From: Chiloscyllium plagiosum
Lineage: Eukaryota
DNA length: 55,061 nucleotides
Assembly: GCF_004010195.1 (NCBI RefSeq)
Contig: NC_057719.1
Location: forward strand, 41,752,249-41,807,309
Direction of reading: 5' to 3'
Shown: piece after piece, positions 1-12,379 of the stretch
Layout of the letters: every line of letters starts with the position of its first letter
How positions within the stretch are numbered: position 1 is the first letter of the stretch
Position numbers and translations under genes: made by a program
Notes under the pieces: model-generated
What the model was told of the DNA's origin: nothing
Databases searched by the model: none
What the model saw: only the letters and a program-made list of their open reading frames with translations

Positions 1-52
1 CAGGATGTCATGTTTGTTTCTAAAGCAATCTTCTGTGATCAGCGAGTTTTGA

Positions 53-590
53 ATACCGTGCAAGAACTGTAACAAACACTACATTGGACAAACAGGCAGA
101 AAACTAGCCACCAGGATACACGAACATCAACTAGCCACAAAACGACATGACCCTCTGTCACTAGTATCCTTACATACAGATGAGGAGGGACACCACTTTG
201 ACTGGGACAACACACCCACCTTAGGACAAGCCAAACAGAGACACACACGAGAATTCCTAGACGCATTCTTGAGCCATGTGGTTCAGGCAATAGGAAAAGT
301 GGCAGTTCTAGAGTACAAAGAGGCAATCATAACCTTTCCGCCACCCATGAATACCACAGCATTCCAACCGAAACGCTATCAACAAACACATCGAGTTAGA
401 CCCCATCTACCATCCCCTGAGAAAAAGAACATGAAATGACATCACCACAGGAAATTACATCACCACAGAAAATTACATCACCAACCCAAACATATAAATA
501 GAAAGTAGGAATCATGTACAGTGCTTCGCCTGAGGCCCACTGAAGATGCTACCTAGTAGGGCTCAGCAAGCAAACCTACATCAAGAATCT
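53..590 (+). mobile_element. Penelope-like element 3' fragment (GIY-YIG endonuclease end plus terminal repeat), interrupted by ~90 bp of foreign sequence
   Basis: The frame from 53 reads IPCKNCNKHYIGQTGRKLATRIHEHQLATKRHDPLSLVSLHTDEEGHHFDWDNT...REFLDA, a PLE GIY-YIG pattern. Bases 359-590 match the reverse-strand copy at 40098-40429. Confidence 0.85.
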
Positions 591-2624
591 TCTGTGATGA
601 ATGAGGAGTTTCATTAGTACAGACATAGCTTGTGGCAGAGCTTTTCTTCCAACTGCATTTCCTCTATATGCTGCTTTGAGAGACTGTGAAAGAGCAGTTG
701 GGGATTTTTTTTAGCGTAAACCCGTGTTTTTGGTGTGATGTTCTTTCAGTCTTGTATTATGTCTGGCAGCTCGGCCACTGCTCAGCTCTTCTGGGCTCCG
801 ACGACTCCACAAAGTCAGTCCAGTGATCAGATTATTGTTGCTGACCTTTCATTGTAGCTTGCATTTTAATGTGCAGATGTTAAGGTCTGCCTTTCCATGA
901 TTGTCGTCTCTTGGAGCACTGCCTACTTTTCAACTGTTGTTGGGGTCTCACATGTTGAAGGGTGCTGATCTAACTTAATGCTTCAAAGTAGGAACCTAAC
1001 AGCTGCCCGTCACCTTTGTTTTCAATGTTTGTGCCAGTGGTGGGCATCACTCCCATTGCTCTAAAGGAAGATTTTGTCAACTTTTAGTACTACCACCACA
1101 TTGTGAGGTTGTATTAGAGTGGTACAGAGAGAGCCATGTCAGTCTTCATACCAGTGAACAGGAATCTTTCATCAATGATATAAACTAGATATAAAATAAG
1201 GTAGGAGTAACTTTCCTGGAACCTTGCCCCTCTAGTTCTACTTCTAAATGTGTGAGAATATCAGCAGGTATTGTTGATGCTGTATACTGTTCAATAGCAT
1301 AATGAAGCTAAATTACCAAAATGGGGCTTGACCATTATTCTACGCTTAACTGCACCTACCTTGAGCAAACATTAAGTTTAGCATTTGTCTCCTGCTCACA
1401 AACATAAACAGTTCTTTTGTGTCAATTAAGTTATTGAATACCTCTTCATTGTTTTCTTCCAGATGTTTCAGATATTGGATTATCATTAAATGCCAGTTAC
1501 CAATTATTACATCATTACATATTAAATATAGAGCCCTTTACAGGCATTTCCAGTTCAGCTTTTGGTGTTTATCTAACGTGGCAATATGCCAATCTTTGGC
1601 ATCTCTTTTTCCTATCAGCTGAGAACGGAGTTAATGACATCGTAGTTTGATAGACTTTTCTAATAGCCTCAGATGAAGGACAAAGTTGGAACTCCAGAGA
1701 TCAGTCTTCAGCACAGGCCCAACTTACCAAAGGTTATGAGAAACTGAGCAAACTTTGCTTCATATGTAACAGGTAAGGCTAAAGAACAGCAGGGCGTTAC
1801 AATTTTAAACTTTTGGTGTTTTTAAAAAATTGTTACTGACATAATGGAGACATCTTTTGCTATGATTTCGACAGGCCAGTATCTGTAAATCTGATTCAGT
1901 TGTTATATTGTGAGCATTACAAATATAAGCGGCAATTGAAAAGCTTTTCGTAGCTTGTTAAACTGTATTTTTTGCATTGATGGGACAGTGTTTAAACTGA
2001 TGTAAGGAACACAATTTATCTCTATTTTGTGGTTGCACAATAAGTATTTTTGTAACCAGTATTTGAATGTACTTTAGCAATGTCTCAATCTGTTTGCGAT
2101 TCTTACAAGTTGCAGTACAACATTAATACATCAGCTTATTAGCAATTACATAAAAAATCCAATTTTATCTTGGTAACAATGACACTTTGTAACACAAAAA
2201 AAATTTATAATTCCACCGGAACCTTAGCACCAAAGTTTTATATGAGCATTTATGTGTATGCTCACAGCTCTGCTTTCTTTTCATATAGACCACTATAGAG
2301 CCAGTAGGATAGTCACTCGCTAGCACTAACATCATACTGCTAGCTACGATATAAAGGCACCATTATTTATTTTAAGAATGTTATTTTTCCTATGATCACT
2401 TTTTTGGCCACTCCACTGTTTCCTCACAAATACTAATTCATCTGAAACATTTAGACTTGTGTCCTCCCTCACACAATGTCCAGATTATCATCAACCTCCA
2501 TTGGCTTTCCATATCTGAGAACTGGCATTAATATTTTCGGTTTAACTTCCTCAGCTCACACTCCTGTAAGCTTATCCATTTGTACATGCCTATGAATATC
2601 GTCCACCCCATGATACCAACTTAT

Positions 2625-2835
2625 AAGACCAAAAGTAAAATAATGCAGAAATGCTAGAAATCTGAAGTAAAAACAGAAAACTCAGTAGGTCAGGTAGCAT
2701 CTGTAGACAGAGAAACAGGCTAACCTTTCGGGCTAATGATCTTTCATCTAAATTTGTTGGACCTGAAATGTTAACTGTTTGTCCCTCCACAGGTGCTGTT
2801 TGACTTGCTGTGCATTTCCAGGCTTCTGTTTTGAT
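2625..2835. repeat. Palindromic Penelope-terminus-derived mini element
   Basis: The left arm (...gcatctgtagacagagaaacaggctaacc) is an imperfect inverse of the right arm (gttaactgtttgtccctccacaggtgc...). The same motif recurs near 20190, 36620 and 44620-45400. Confidence 0.6.
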
Positions 2836-4956
2836 ACAAAGGTACTCTTTATTTATATAGCACTACAGATACCTGTTTGAAAAGCTTCAAATTTTTTGGA
2901 ACTTGTTGAGCACTGCTTTATAAATATAAATTGTTGAATTTTTGCACTTGTTGAGGAGATAGTTTCCGAGGTAAGTTAGCTAATGCCAGTCATTGCTTTT
3001 TTGTGGTTTTACTTAAATATTTAAGTAGTAAAGACTGACTAACCTTCCAAAGTTGGTCAACTTTAAGAATAAGTAGTGTCATTGATTGAAATTATTTGAT
3101 TTTCTTTGGCATGTGATGTACTCTGGCTAGAAGTTAAATTGGCCTCAACTTACTAAATATCCTTTACACGGTTACAATAAATTAATAAGCCGTTGAATAC
3201 TTCATGTCTAAAGTATTTTGGTGTTTTGGATAGAGATTTACCTTCACTGTTCTCAAATGAAGAAGTTGTTGCTTTTATCATGCTCCATTTGTTATCTTTC
3301 ACCCCACCCACTTAACCAAAAAATATTATTACTCTTTGAGCGTTGATCAGAGCACAAGACTCTATGACTCTATGAAAGATGTACTGCCAAGGTAAAATCC
3401 TAGAGCCTAAGTTTTATAAAAGTTAAATTTGCATGTGTAAAATGGTAATGAACAAGGGAGTAGAACTCTCTCTGGTTTCAGTCAGGCAAGTATTCAGAGT
3501 GTGATAACCTCCCTTCAGGACAAACTTGGGGGAGCTGGGAAACTGATGATGGTTCTCTTTCCTGTCACTCACTGCCCAGTCCTGTTGGAAGGGTGCTTGT
3601 GTTTTGTGTTTAAAACCGATATGCATTGGTTGTGATGTTGACTAATAATTCAATATCCATGAGAAATCCACGTATGGGTAAAATCAATGTATGCTGCTGC
3701 TACATGTGGAAATGTATGATGCATTACTAATTTTAAGGTATGAGAAACAGGAGGGAAAGGAATAAATATAAAAAATTGGAAGGGATAATATAAAAGATAA
3801 GGTACTGAACAAGTGATAAAAATGATTAATCCAAGCTAAGCTTATTTATTTTATTGCTGCTGAATTGAATGCATTCAGTCTGCAGCTCCTATATAACAAT
3901 GAAGTCTTTCTGGTGAAGGTAAATGGGTGTCTTTTCAAGTTTTTGGACCCTCCTGGTGCCTCAAATATATGTAAATATAATCTTGTACAAGTAAGAAATG
4001 TCTTTGGATTGTTTGTTGGATATAACAAACTCCAATGTTGATTTGTTTCTTCATATGCTACTGTACAGAACCAAACTACTTTAGTGACTATGTATGTATA
4101 TGAAGTTATTTTTAGGAATAAAGTGTGTTTCCTAAATTAAAAGAATGATGTTTTCACATTGCACAGTAGTGTGCTGTATTTTATAGAGTGCAGTCACTGT
4201 TGGCTAGACAAAGCTAACAAATGTCAAGTGTAGGAAAGAATGTGCTCAGTTTCTAAATAATTTATACAGCAGTATCACATTCAATCCTTCTGGCATTAAA
4301 GTGTAGAAATGTTGGAGAAAATCAGGATGCTGTGAGAATCTAGTGGAAAAAGGATAATCATGGAAATTACAGGGACTTGTACAAAGGTATTGACAAGAAA
4401 ATGTGAATGAAGTATTCTTATGTAACGTGTATAATACATTGTTTTAATGAAAATGGTTAAAATCCATAGCTCAACTTAGCTCAACTTAGGAAGTGTTAGG
4501 CTGTCAGGGATGCTGTTTTCTAGATGAGATGTTAAACTGAATTTTCCCAGCTTCTGAACAACAGAGGCAGTGGCACATCAGTAGAGAAAACACATCAAGA
4601 TTGGAAAAATGAGATTGTCAACATCAAGAAGTGAAAGTTGCATTTTTCCACTCAACTCACTAATTAGTAATGAGAAGCCTATTTGCTTGTCTTTTACATT
4701 TCATTATTACCTATTCCCAACCCAGTTACGAGCAGTTTGCTATTCTCCTATGCACTGGACAGAAATTAGCCAGTGACAATAATTGACATGATAGAGTGGG
4801 TGCCTGCCAGCTCCCTTCACCACTTGTTCCTCCAGGCCCCATATTGAAATCTCAAAAACATCATGGCTGTGCTGCATGACCAGTGACTGCTTGCACCTCC
4901 CCATCCGTCCATGTTGACATCAGTCATGCAGCAGCCTTAGCACATCAGCATGGCAC

Positions 4957-5190
4957 TGTGGTGATTGTAATGAGATCAGCCAACTGGACATCATAGAGTG
5001 TGAGTTCCTTGATTGGGGTTGTTGATCTGGTCAAATCAAGGAGCCTTGGCTGACAGATAAAAAGATTGAGTGTCAGAGATACTGACACTCTGATACCCAC
5101 TCTGAATGCAGCAGTACTAAAGTCAGATTGCTCAAGTGTAAATAAAGGTAGACTTAATGATGAGATACCAGCCTCTGTGGACTTATTTCA
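4957..5190 (+). mobile_element. Solo LTR (234 bp)
   Basis: TG...CA termini with a perfect 5-bp TSD GGCAC at 4952-4956 and 5191-5195, an internal AATAAA, and similarity to 54367-54480. Confidence 0.8.
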
Positions 5191-5734
5191 GGCACATCTC
5201 TGACTCACTTAGAATGCAGTTATCCACTTGAATGCATTGTTTAGGAATGCACTAATAGCATTTACTGGAATGCTACTGCCAAGCCATTTATGCACTGTGC
5301 CCAACTAACGGATTGGAGTGGGGTGCACCTTTTGGTTTATTTTCATAGTGCTAATTCACTTCACAATTACTTGGATGGTCACAGCATCTCAGTTTTGCCT
5401 TCCCTTCCCTGCAGTTTTGCTGCCTCTTTCAGAATTACAGGCTCACAGTAGTTTGTTTTTCCTTGCTGTTTAGCACAGACAGAAAGCCAGGCAGCCATTC
5501 ATGGTGATTAGATGTGATCAGTCATGAAGGTGAACATGTTGCTGCACAGCACCATACGAGATCAATCTCACACCTACAACAACGCCAACAGTTTATGTGG
5601 TAAACACATTGCATGTGCTTCAGCCAAGTGATCCTGTTGCCAAGTTTCCAGGGAATGTTCCTTCAGTCAAGTCAAAAGGTGAACAGTTGTCAGTCAGGGA
5701 ATTCCACCACTGTCAGTAAAGAGCTGTCTCCCTC

Positions 5735-6180
5735 GTCACTATTCAACGCCCCAAACACACCTTCCAAGTGAAGCAGCACTTTACCTGCACTTCACTCAAT
5801 CTAAGCTACTGCATTCGCTGCTTGCAATGTATTCTCCCCTACATTGGGGAAACAAAGTGCAGGCTGAGTGACTGCTTGACAAGATACCTACGTTCTGCCT
5901 GCAAAAACAATCCTGAGCTTCCAGTTGCCTGCACTTCAACACACCATCTTGTTCCCTGGTGCTTCAGCAAAGCTCAGGGCAAGCTGGAAAAACAGCACTT
6001 CACTTTCCACCTAGCACCCTGCAGCCTTCAGGACTCAATAATGAGTTCAACGATTCTTGGGCTTGATCACCTTTCCCTGTGCATTCCCCTACCCACACAC
6101 ACACCAAGCCTTGTCATCACATGGGCTGCGACCACACACTACCCATTGTCATCTACTAATAGTCCCCATTAGCAGTTGCA
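5735..6180 (+). mobile_element. Penelope-like GIY-YIG endonuclease fragment, degraded
   Basis: ORF 5768-6172 reads FTCTSLNLSYCIRCLQC..YIGETKCRLSD. Confidence 0.8.
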
Positions 6181-6699
6181 GTAATGTTTCTGGATTAAAA
6201 ACACTGCATACTAAACCTATATCCCAGCAAGATAACAAAATCTTCCAAAGCGAAGATGTAAGAGAGGAAAAAAATGTTTATGTTCATCATAGAATCATAC
6301 AATACAGAGGGAGTCCATTCAATCCATTGTACTTGTACTCAGTCTAAAACAGCATCTACTTAGTGCATCATATAAGAACAGAAAATGTTGGAACTTTTGA
6401 GCAGGATTGGCAGTAACTGCTGAGAGAGAAACAGTGGTAAGGCGTCAGATTGTCAGGGGGTGCACATCAAATTAGCCTGATGATCCTCCTGCTGCCCTTC
6501 TAACTGGGAGTAGCTAGTCAGTTAGTTTGGTCTTTAGCAATATTGAGGCTGGCCTTCCACCCAAGTGAGGGATGAAAATCTCATCAATCTCATCTCAATT
6601 AACACTCCTTGGAATGTCAGATGGCAAGTGGCAATAGTGAGGATGCCTTCTCGAGTGGAGGCCTGAGCAATCTCACTGCTCATTAAGGTTGCAACAGGG

Positions 6700-7046
6700 G
6701 GGTGCTGGTCTAGTGGTTTTATTGCTGGACTGTTAATTCAAAGACCCAGGCACTGTTCTGGGGACACAGGTTTGAATCCTGCAGATGGAGGAATTTGAAT
6801 TTAATAAAAATTTGGAATTAAGAGTCCAGTGATGACCATGAAACCATTGTCAATTGTTGGAAAAACCCATCTGGTTCACTAAGTTCCTTTAGAGATGGAA
6901 ACTGCCATTCTTATCTGGTCTGGCCTACATGACTCCAGATCCACAGCGATGTGGTTGACTGTTAGATACCTCTGGGCAATTAGTGCTGGGCAATTAATAT
7001 TGGCCTAGCTATTGATACCCTCATCCTGTGAATGAACCAAAAAAAG
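6700..7046 (+). mobile_element. tRNA-derived shark SINE with a LINE-like 3' tail
   Basis: A/B-box-like head (ggtctagtgg...ggtttgaatcc), body shared with 10165-10535 and 22720-23355, A-rich end. Confidence 0.75.
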
Positions 7047-7089
7047 GACAAAATTGATCCAGTTGTCCACTCTCATCCTTTTCGCTGCT

Positions 7090-7415
7090 TATTTTTGATT
7101 ATTCTTTGGATGTCAGCATTACCAGTAAGGCTATTCCTCATTGCCTGTGAACAGGTGGTGAGTGGCTTGTTAGGCCATTTTAGTGCACAGTTAAGAGCCA
7201 ACTATACTGATGTGTGTCGACAGTGAGATACAGGCAAAACTGGCTCAGAAAGGAAGATTTCCTTCCCTGAAAGGCACGAGTGAACTATTAGAATACTGTT
7301 TTATTCCAAATAAATTAATTGAATATAAATTCCTCCAGCTGCCAAGGTGAAATTTGTATTTATGTCTCTAGAGCATTCATTCAGACTTCTGAATTACTAA
7401 TTTAATAACATCATT
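7090..7415 (-). mobile_element. Degraded reverse copy of the same SINE family
   Basis: Reverse-complement similarity to the 6700-7046 body (gatttccttccctgaaagg...agtgaac). Confidence 0.55.
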
Positions 7416-8540
7416 GTTCCCTTGTAATATTTCAGAAATATTAAAAGTTAAGAATTTGCTTTTTTTTAAATCAAAAAGACTCAACTAAATTCCTCTTTTA
7501 TAATTAAAAAAAACTGCAATAAATCTCAGTTTACTTGGATTCAGTAGAAATAATCCCACTTATATAACGCAGTAACATAAAATAAGCAGCTGTTTAGTCA
7601 TTAAGTTTTTTTTAAAACCCACTGCAATGTACCACAACAGTTTTTCAAGAGAACTTTAATCCGAATGTTACACAGCATTAGGTTGAAGGTCATTGTGTCA
7701 AATGTGTCTTGCTGTCAACGTTAACTGTCAGGTTCTGTTAAATCAGCACTCTACACTGCACATTCAGCTTTGTTACACTAATGAATACATTGCACTGACA
7801 TGAAAGATCACACAGCCCTGACAATGAAGGCATGGGATTAAAATCAAAAATGGTATAGAACGTGGTCTTTTGAACGGCTGGCTTTCAAACATGCCAGTCG
7901 TTTGAAAAACAAGTCACACTTGAAGCTAGACTCTCATTTTTATCCATAACATTTATAAAATTCTTATCCTCAGTGATCTTTTCAACTTCCTTTTAAAATT
8001 ATATGTAGAATTGATTTGAGGCACCTTTCAGGCATTCCAGATCCCGACAATTGTATGGAACATTCCCCTCACTGGGGAACGGAAAAACAATTATGATGAC
8101 TGAAATGCGCAAGAGTACAAATGATCAAATCCTTGCCATCTACTTTACCTTTCACAATTCAGTCCTCCTTCCTTAGATGATGAGTTCAGTTTATCACCAT
8201 TAGGTAGCAAGAAATTATATATATGCATTTGGATCTCATCAATTACCCTACTCACTGTATTTAACTTTCCCCTTTCATGAACTTCTGTCTAATCTGGATA
8301 CTCAATGTTTCAGAAGCTAACTCTATAAACTAAGTGTGTAACTGATAGATTAGTTCCTATCCTTCCAGTCCAGGAGAATGCACAGCTTTCACTCCTTGAC
8401 TGAAACCTGAAAGTTTTTCATCTCCTCACCTTTGCTGGAATGGCTACAATTGCAATAGGTGCCTCAATGTTGATGAAGGCACAATGTACCCCTTGCCCAT
8501 AACCTTACCTAGATGGGCAATGGCAAGGCACCAGCATCAA

Positions 8541-9323
8541 TATTCAGCCTGGAGCCCAGTTACAAGTGGAGTTCCGCAGGAATCAGTTCTGGGTCCTCTG
8601 CTGTTTGTAATTTTTATTAATGACTTGGAAGAGGGAGTCGAAGGGTGGGTCAGTAAATTTGCAGATGATACGAAGATTGGTGGAGTTGTGGATAGTGAGG
8701 AGGGCTGTTGTTGGCTGCAAAGGGACTTAGATATGATGCAGAGCTGGGCTGAGGAGTGGCAGATGGAGTTCAACCCTGCCAAGTATGAGGTTGTCCATTT
8801 TGGAAGGACAAATAAGAATGCGGAATACAGTTCGCCTTATTTTAGGAAAGATGTGGAAGCTTTGGGGAGGGTGCAGAGAAGATTTACCAGGATGTTGCCT
8901 GGAATGGAGAATAGGTCGTACAATGATAGGTTGAGAGTGCTAGGCCTTTTCTCATTGGAACGTCGAAGGATGAGGGGTGACTTGATAGAAGTGTATAAGA
9001 TGATCAGGGGAATAGATAGAGTAGACAATCAGAAATTTTTTCCCCTGGTACAACAGAGTGTTACAAGGGGACATAAATTTAAGGTGAAGGGTGGAAGGTA
9101 TAGGGGAGATGTCAGGGGTAGGTTCTTTACCCAGAGAGTGGTGGGGGCATGGAATGCGCTGCCTGTGGGAGTGGCAGAGTCAGAATCATTGCCAAACTTT
9201 AAGTGGCAATTGGATAGGTACATGGATGGGTGCTTAAGCTAGGACAAATGTTCGGCACAACATCGTGGGCCGAAGGGCCTGTTCTGTGCTGTATTGTTCT
9301 ATGTTCTATGTTCTATGTTCTAT
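8541..9323 (+). mobile_element. CR1 LINE ORF2 3' fragment, 5'-truncated, with an internal deletion and (TTCTATG)n tail
   Basis: ORF 8484-9242 contains SGVPQESVLGPLLF, KFADDTK, WQMEFNPAK, LGLFSLERRRMRGDLIEVYK and FFTQRVVGAWNALP. Microsatellite tail at about 9293-9323. Confidence 0.93.
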
Positions 9324-9689
9324 CAACTTCTCAGGTGGCACTTCAGTGCACAGGCTCAACCAGCAGCTTTTGCCTCTCAAATGGCAACTTAGTGGGTGTA
9401 CTCAGGCAGAAGAAATTGCCTCACAGTGGTACCTTAGTGTCGAAGGCAAGGCACGTGGATTGTGGCTGAGAGAGAAGCTTTAGTGCAGAAGGCAGCGCTG
9501 GGTCATTTTGAGTTTGGGGTTAAAGACATTTGATAAGGTAGTTGTTCAAATACAAGGCCCAGGATCCCAGTGATTAAAGTCTCAGATTTTGGTCATGTTC
9601 AGTCCTGGCAGTCAAGCAAAATGAGCCCAGGTTTAACTCGTCTTTCAGTCAGGGTGAAAATTCAGTCCGAAAGATAGGCTGCAGTCAGT

Positions 9690-10075
9690 TGTGTCTGCCT
9701 GGAAAGTCCATCAGGGAATGGGCCACACTGACTCAATACATTGGGCCCTACATATTGTGTGGAAGGAGAGGGGAATGGTTTTAGGGTCTGTCCATGGCAT
9801 AAAGGTTGTAGGCTGTAGATTGTACACACAGCTGCTACTGGGCATCAGTGTAGAAGGAGTGGATGATCGTGGATGTGGTGTTAATGAAGACGCTGCTTTG
9901 TTTTGGATGGTGTCAAGCTCCTTGAGTATTGTTGGAGCTGCCCTCATCCAGGCAAGTGGGGAGTATTCCATCACACTCTTGACTTGTACCTTGTAGATGG
10001 TGGACAGGTTCTGGGGAATCAGAAGGTGAATTGCTCACTACAGAATTCCTAACCTTTGACCTGCTTAAGTAGCCT
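9690..10075 (-). mobile_element. LINE (CR1/L2 group) ORF2 C-terminal fragment
   Basis: ORF 9711-9974 MEYSPLAWMRAAPTILKELDTIQNKAA; same family as the 11780-11870 segment. Confidence 0.75.
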
Positions 10076-10164
10076 CAGTAAGTATGGCTCTGAAATTTGA
10101 ACTTTACCTGAAGACCCTGCGATGGTTCCTATCAACATTGTTTGAGATGGATTCTCCACATCAG

Positions 10165-10535
10165 TGGGGTAGTGATGGCTCAATGGTATTATTGCTAGAC
10201 TATTCATCCAGAAACTCAGCCAGTGTTCTGGGGATCTGAGTTCAAATCCTGCCATGACAGATAGTGGGATTTGAATTCAATTTAAAAAAAATTTGGAATT
10301 AAGGATCTACTGATAAACCATTACCGATTGTCACAAAAACCCACCTGGCTCATTAATGTCCTATAATGAAGAAAATCTGCCATCCTCACCTGATCTGGCC
10401 TACATGTGACTTCAGACCCACAACAATGCAGTTGACTCTCAACTTCCTCCTAAAATGTCCTAGCAAGCCATTCAGCTAGGGGTAGGCAATAAATGTGGAC
10501 CAGTCAGAAAAGCTCACCGCACAAGGGAATTAAAA
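10165..10535 (+). mobile_element. tRNA-derived shark SINE (same family as 6700-7046)
   Basis: Head tagtgatggctcaatgg...gagttcaaatcc, shared body, ggcaataaatg tail. Confidence 0.75.
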
Positions 10536-10539
10536 AGTA

Positions 10540-11870
10540 ATCCCACAATCAACAGGTCAGATCTAAGCTCTGCAGTCCTGTGATGCCCAGTCATGAATGA
10601 AGATGGACAGTTAAACAACGGTCTGAAGGAGGCAGCTCCACAAATGGAACGGCCCAGCACATCAGTGCAAAAGATAAGGCTGAAACATTTGCAGCAATCT
10701 TCAGCCAGAAGTGCCCAGTGGGTGATCCATCTTGGCCTCTTCCACTGGTATGAAGAAATGGTTGGAGATTCTGGATACTGCAAAGGCAATGGGCTCTGAC
10801 GACTTTCTTACAATAATACTTGTGCTCCAGAATTTGCCACTCCCCTAGCCAAGCTCTTCCAGTACAGTTACAGCACCGGCATCTATCCAATAATGTGGCA
10901 AATTGTCTATGTATGTCCTGTACACACAAGACAGGAGAAATCCAAACCAGCTAATTGCCACCCCATCAGTCTACTCTCAGAGATCAATAAAGTGATGGAA
11001 GGTGTCATCAACAGTGCTATCAAGCAGCATCTGCTCAGCAATAACCTGGTCAGTGATGCCCAGTTTGGGTTCTGCCAGGGCCACTCAGCTCCTGACCTTA
11101 TTACAATCATGAGTCGAACATGGGCAAAAGAGCTGAATTCCAGAGGTGAGGTGAAAGTGACAGCCCTTGCCATCAAGGCTGCATTCGACCAAGTGTGGCA
11201 TCAAGGAGTCCTAACAAAACTTGAATCAATTGGTATCAGGGGGCAAACTCTTCACTGCTTGGAATCATACCTGACACATAGGAAGATGGTTAGAGTTGTT
11301 GGAAGTCAGTCATCTCAGCTCCAAGACATTTCTGCAGGACTTTCTCAGGGTAATGTCCTAGGGCCCGACCATCTACAGGTATTTCATCAATGACCTTCCC
11401 TCCATCATGATCGCAGGAGTGAGGATGTTTGTCGATGATTACACAATGTTCACCACCATTCACAGCTCCTCAGATGCTGAAGCAGTCCATTTTCAAATGC
11501 ATCAAGATCTGGACAATATCCAGGTTTGGGCTGACAAGTGGCAAGTAACATTCGTGACACACAAATGCCAGGCATGAAACTCTGCAATAGAATCAATCTA
11601 AACAGCATATCTTGACATTGAATGGTGTTACCATCACTGTCAACATCCTTGAGGAAGGAGGGTTGTTACCATTAACCAGAAATTCAACTGGACACATGAC
11701 ATAAACATCATGGCTACAAGAGCAGGCCAGAGACTAAGAACACTGTAACAAGTAACTCACACCTTGACACCCGAAAGCCTGTCCACCATCTACACAGCAC
11801 AAGTCAGGAATGAGGTGGAATACTCTCCACTTGCCTGGGTGGGTGCTGCTCCAGCAACAGTCAAGACGCT
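10540..11870 (+). mobile_element. LINE (CR1/L2 group) reverse transcriptase region, degraded
   Basis: PANCHPISLLS, QFGFCQGHS, IKAAFDQVWH, GLSQGNVLGP and MFVDD motifs, with frameshifts. Confidence 0.88.
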
Positions 11871-12285
11871 CGACTGCCAAAGCAAATATTCTTCGCTCAG
11901 CTCAATGATGGCACTCGAATGAGAGGAGGACCAAGGAAAAAGGACTATCTGAAGCATTTCCTCAAGGAATGCAGCATTGATGTCAACGCATGGGAAACCA
12001 TCATTCAGAAGGAAATGACTTGGAGAGAATTCCTGTTTGAATGGAAACAATTTTTCAAAACCATCAGTTGACAAAAGGAAGTACAGTAAAGGCACTGGAG
12101 ACAGGAATGCAATGCAAAGGCTAAGGATGACTTCTACCTTTTGGAAACATATGCCAAATGTGTATTTGAAGATGCGGCTCGAAGATCAGGTCCATCAGCC
12201 CCACAAGGACCTACAAAACCCATGACTAGTGGCATGGAATTTCCTAGATGGACAATCATACTCACTAGTGGGTGATTGCCAATGA
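11871..12285 (+). mobile_element. RTE/BovB-type LINE 3' fragment
   Basis: Translates as RLPKQIFFAQLNDGTRMRGGPRK..DYLKHFLKECSIDVNAWET, resembling the RTE C-terminus as I recall it. Confidence 0.7.
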
Positions 12286-12379
12286 CAAAATCCAGATTTT
12301 CACTGAATTTGAGTTCCATTGTCTACCCTGGTGGGAGTTGAACCCGGGTCAGTAGAGAAAGTGAACTGGCAATTTAGAA

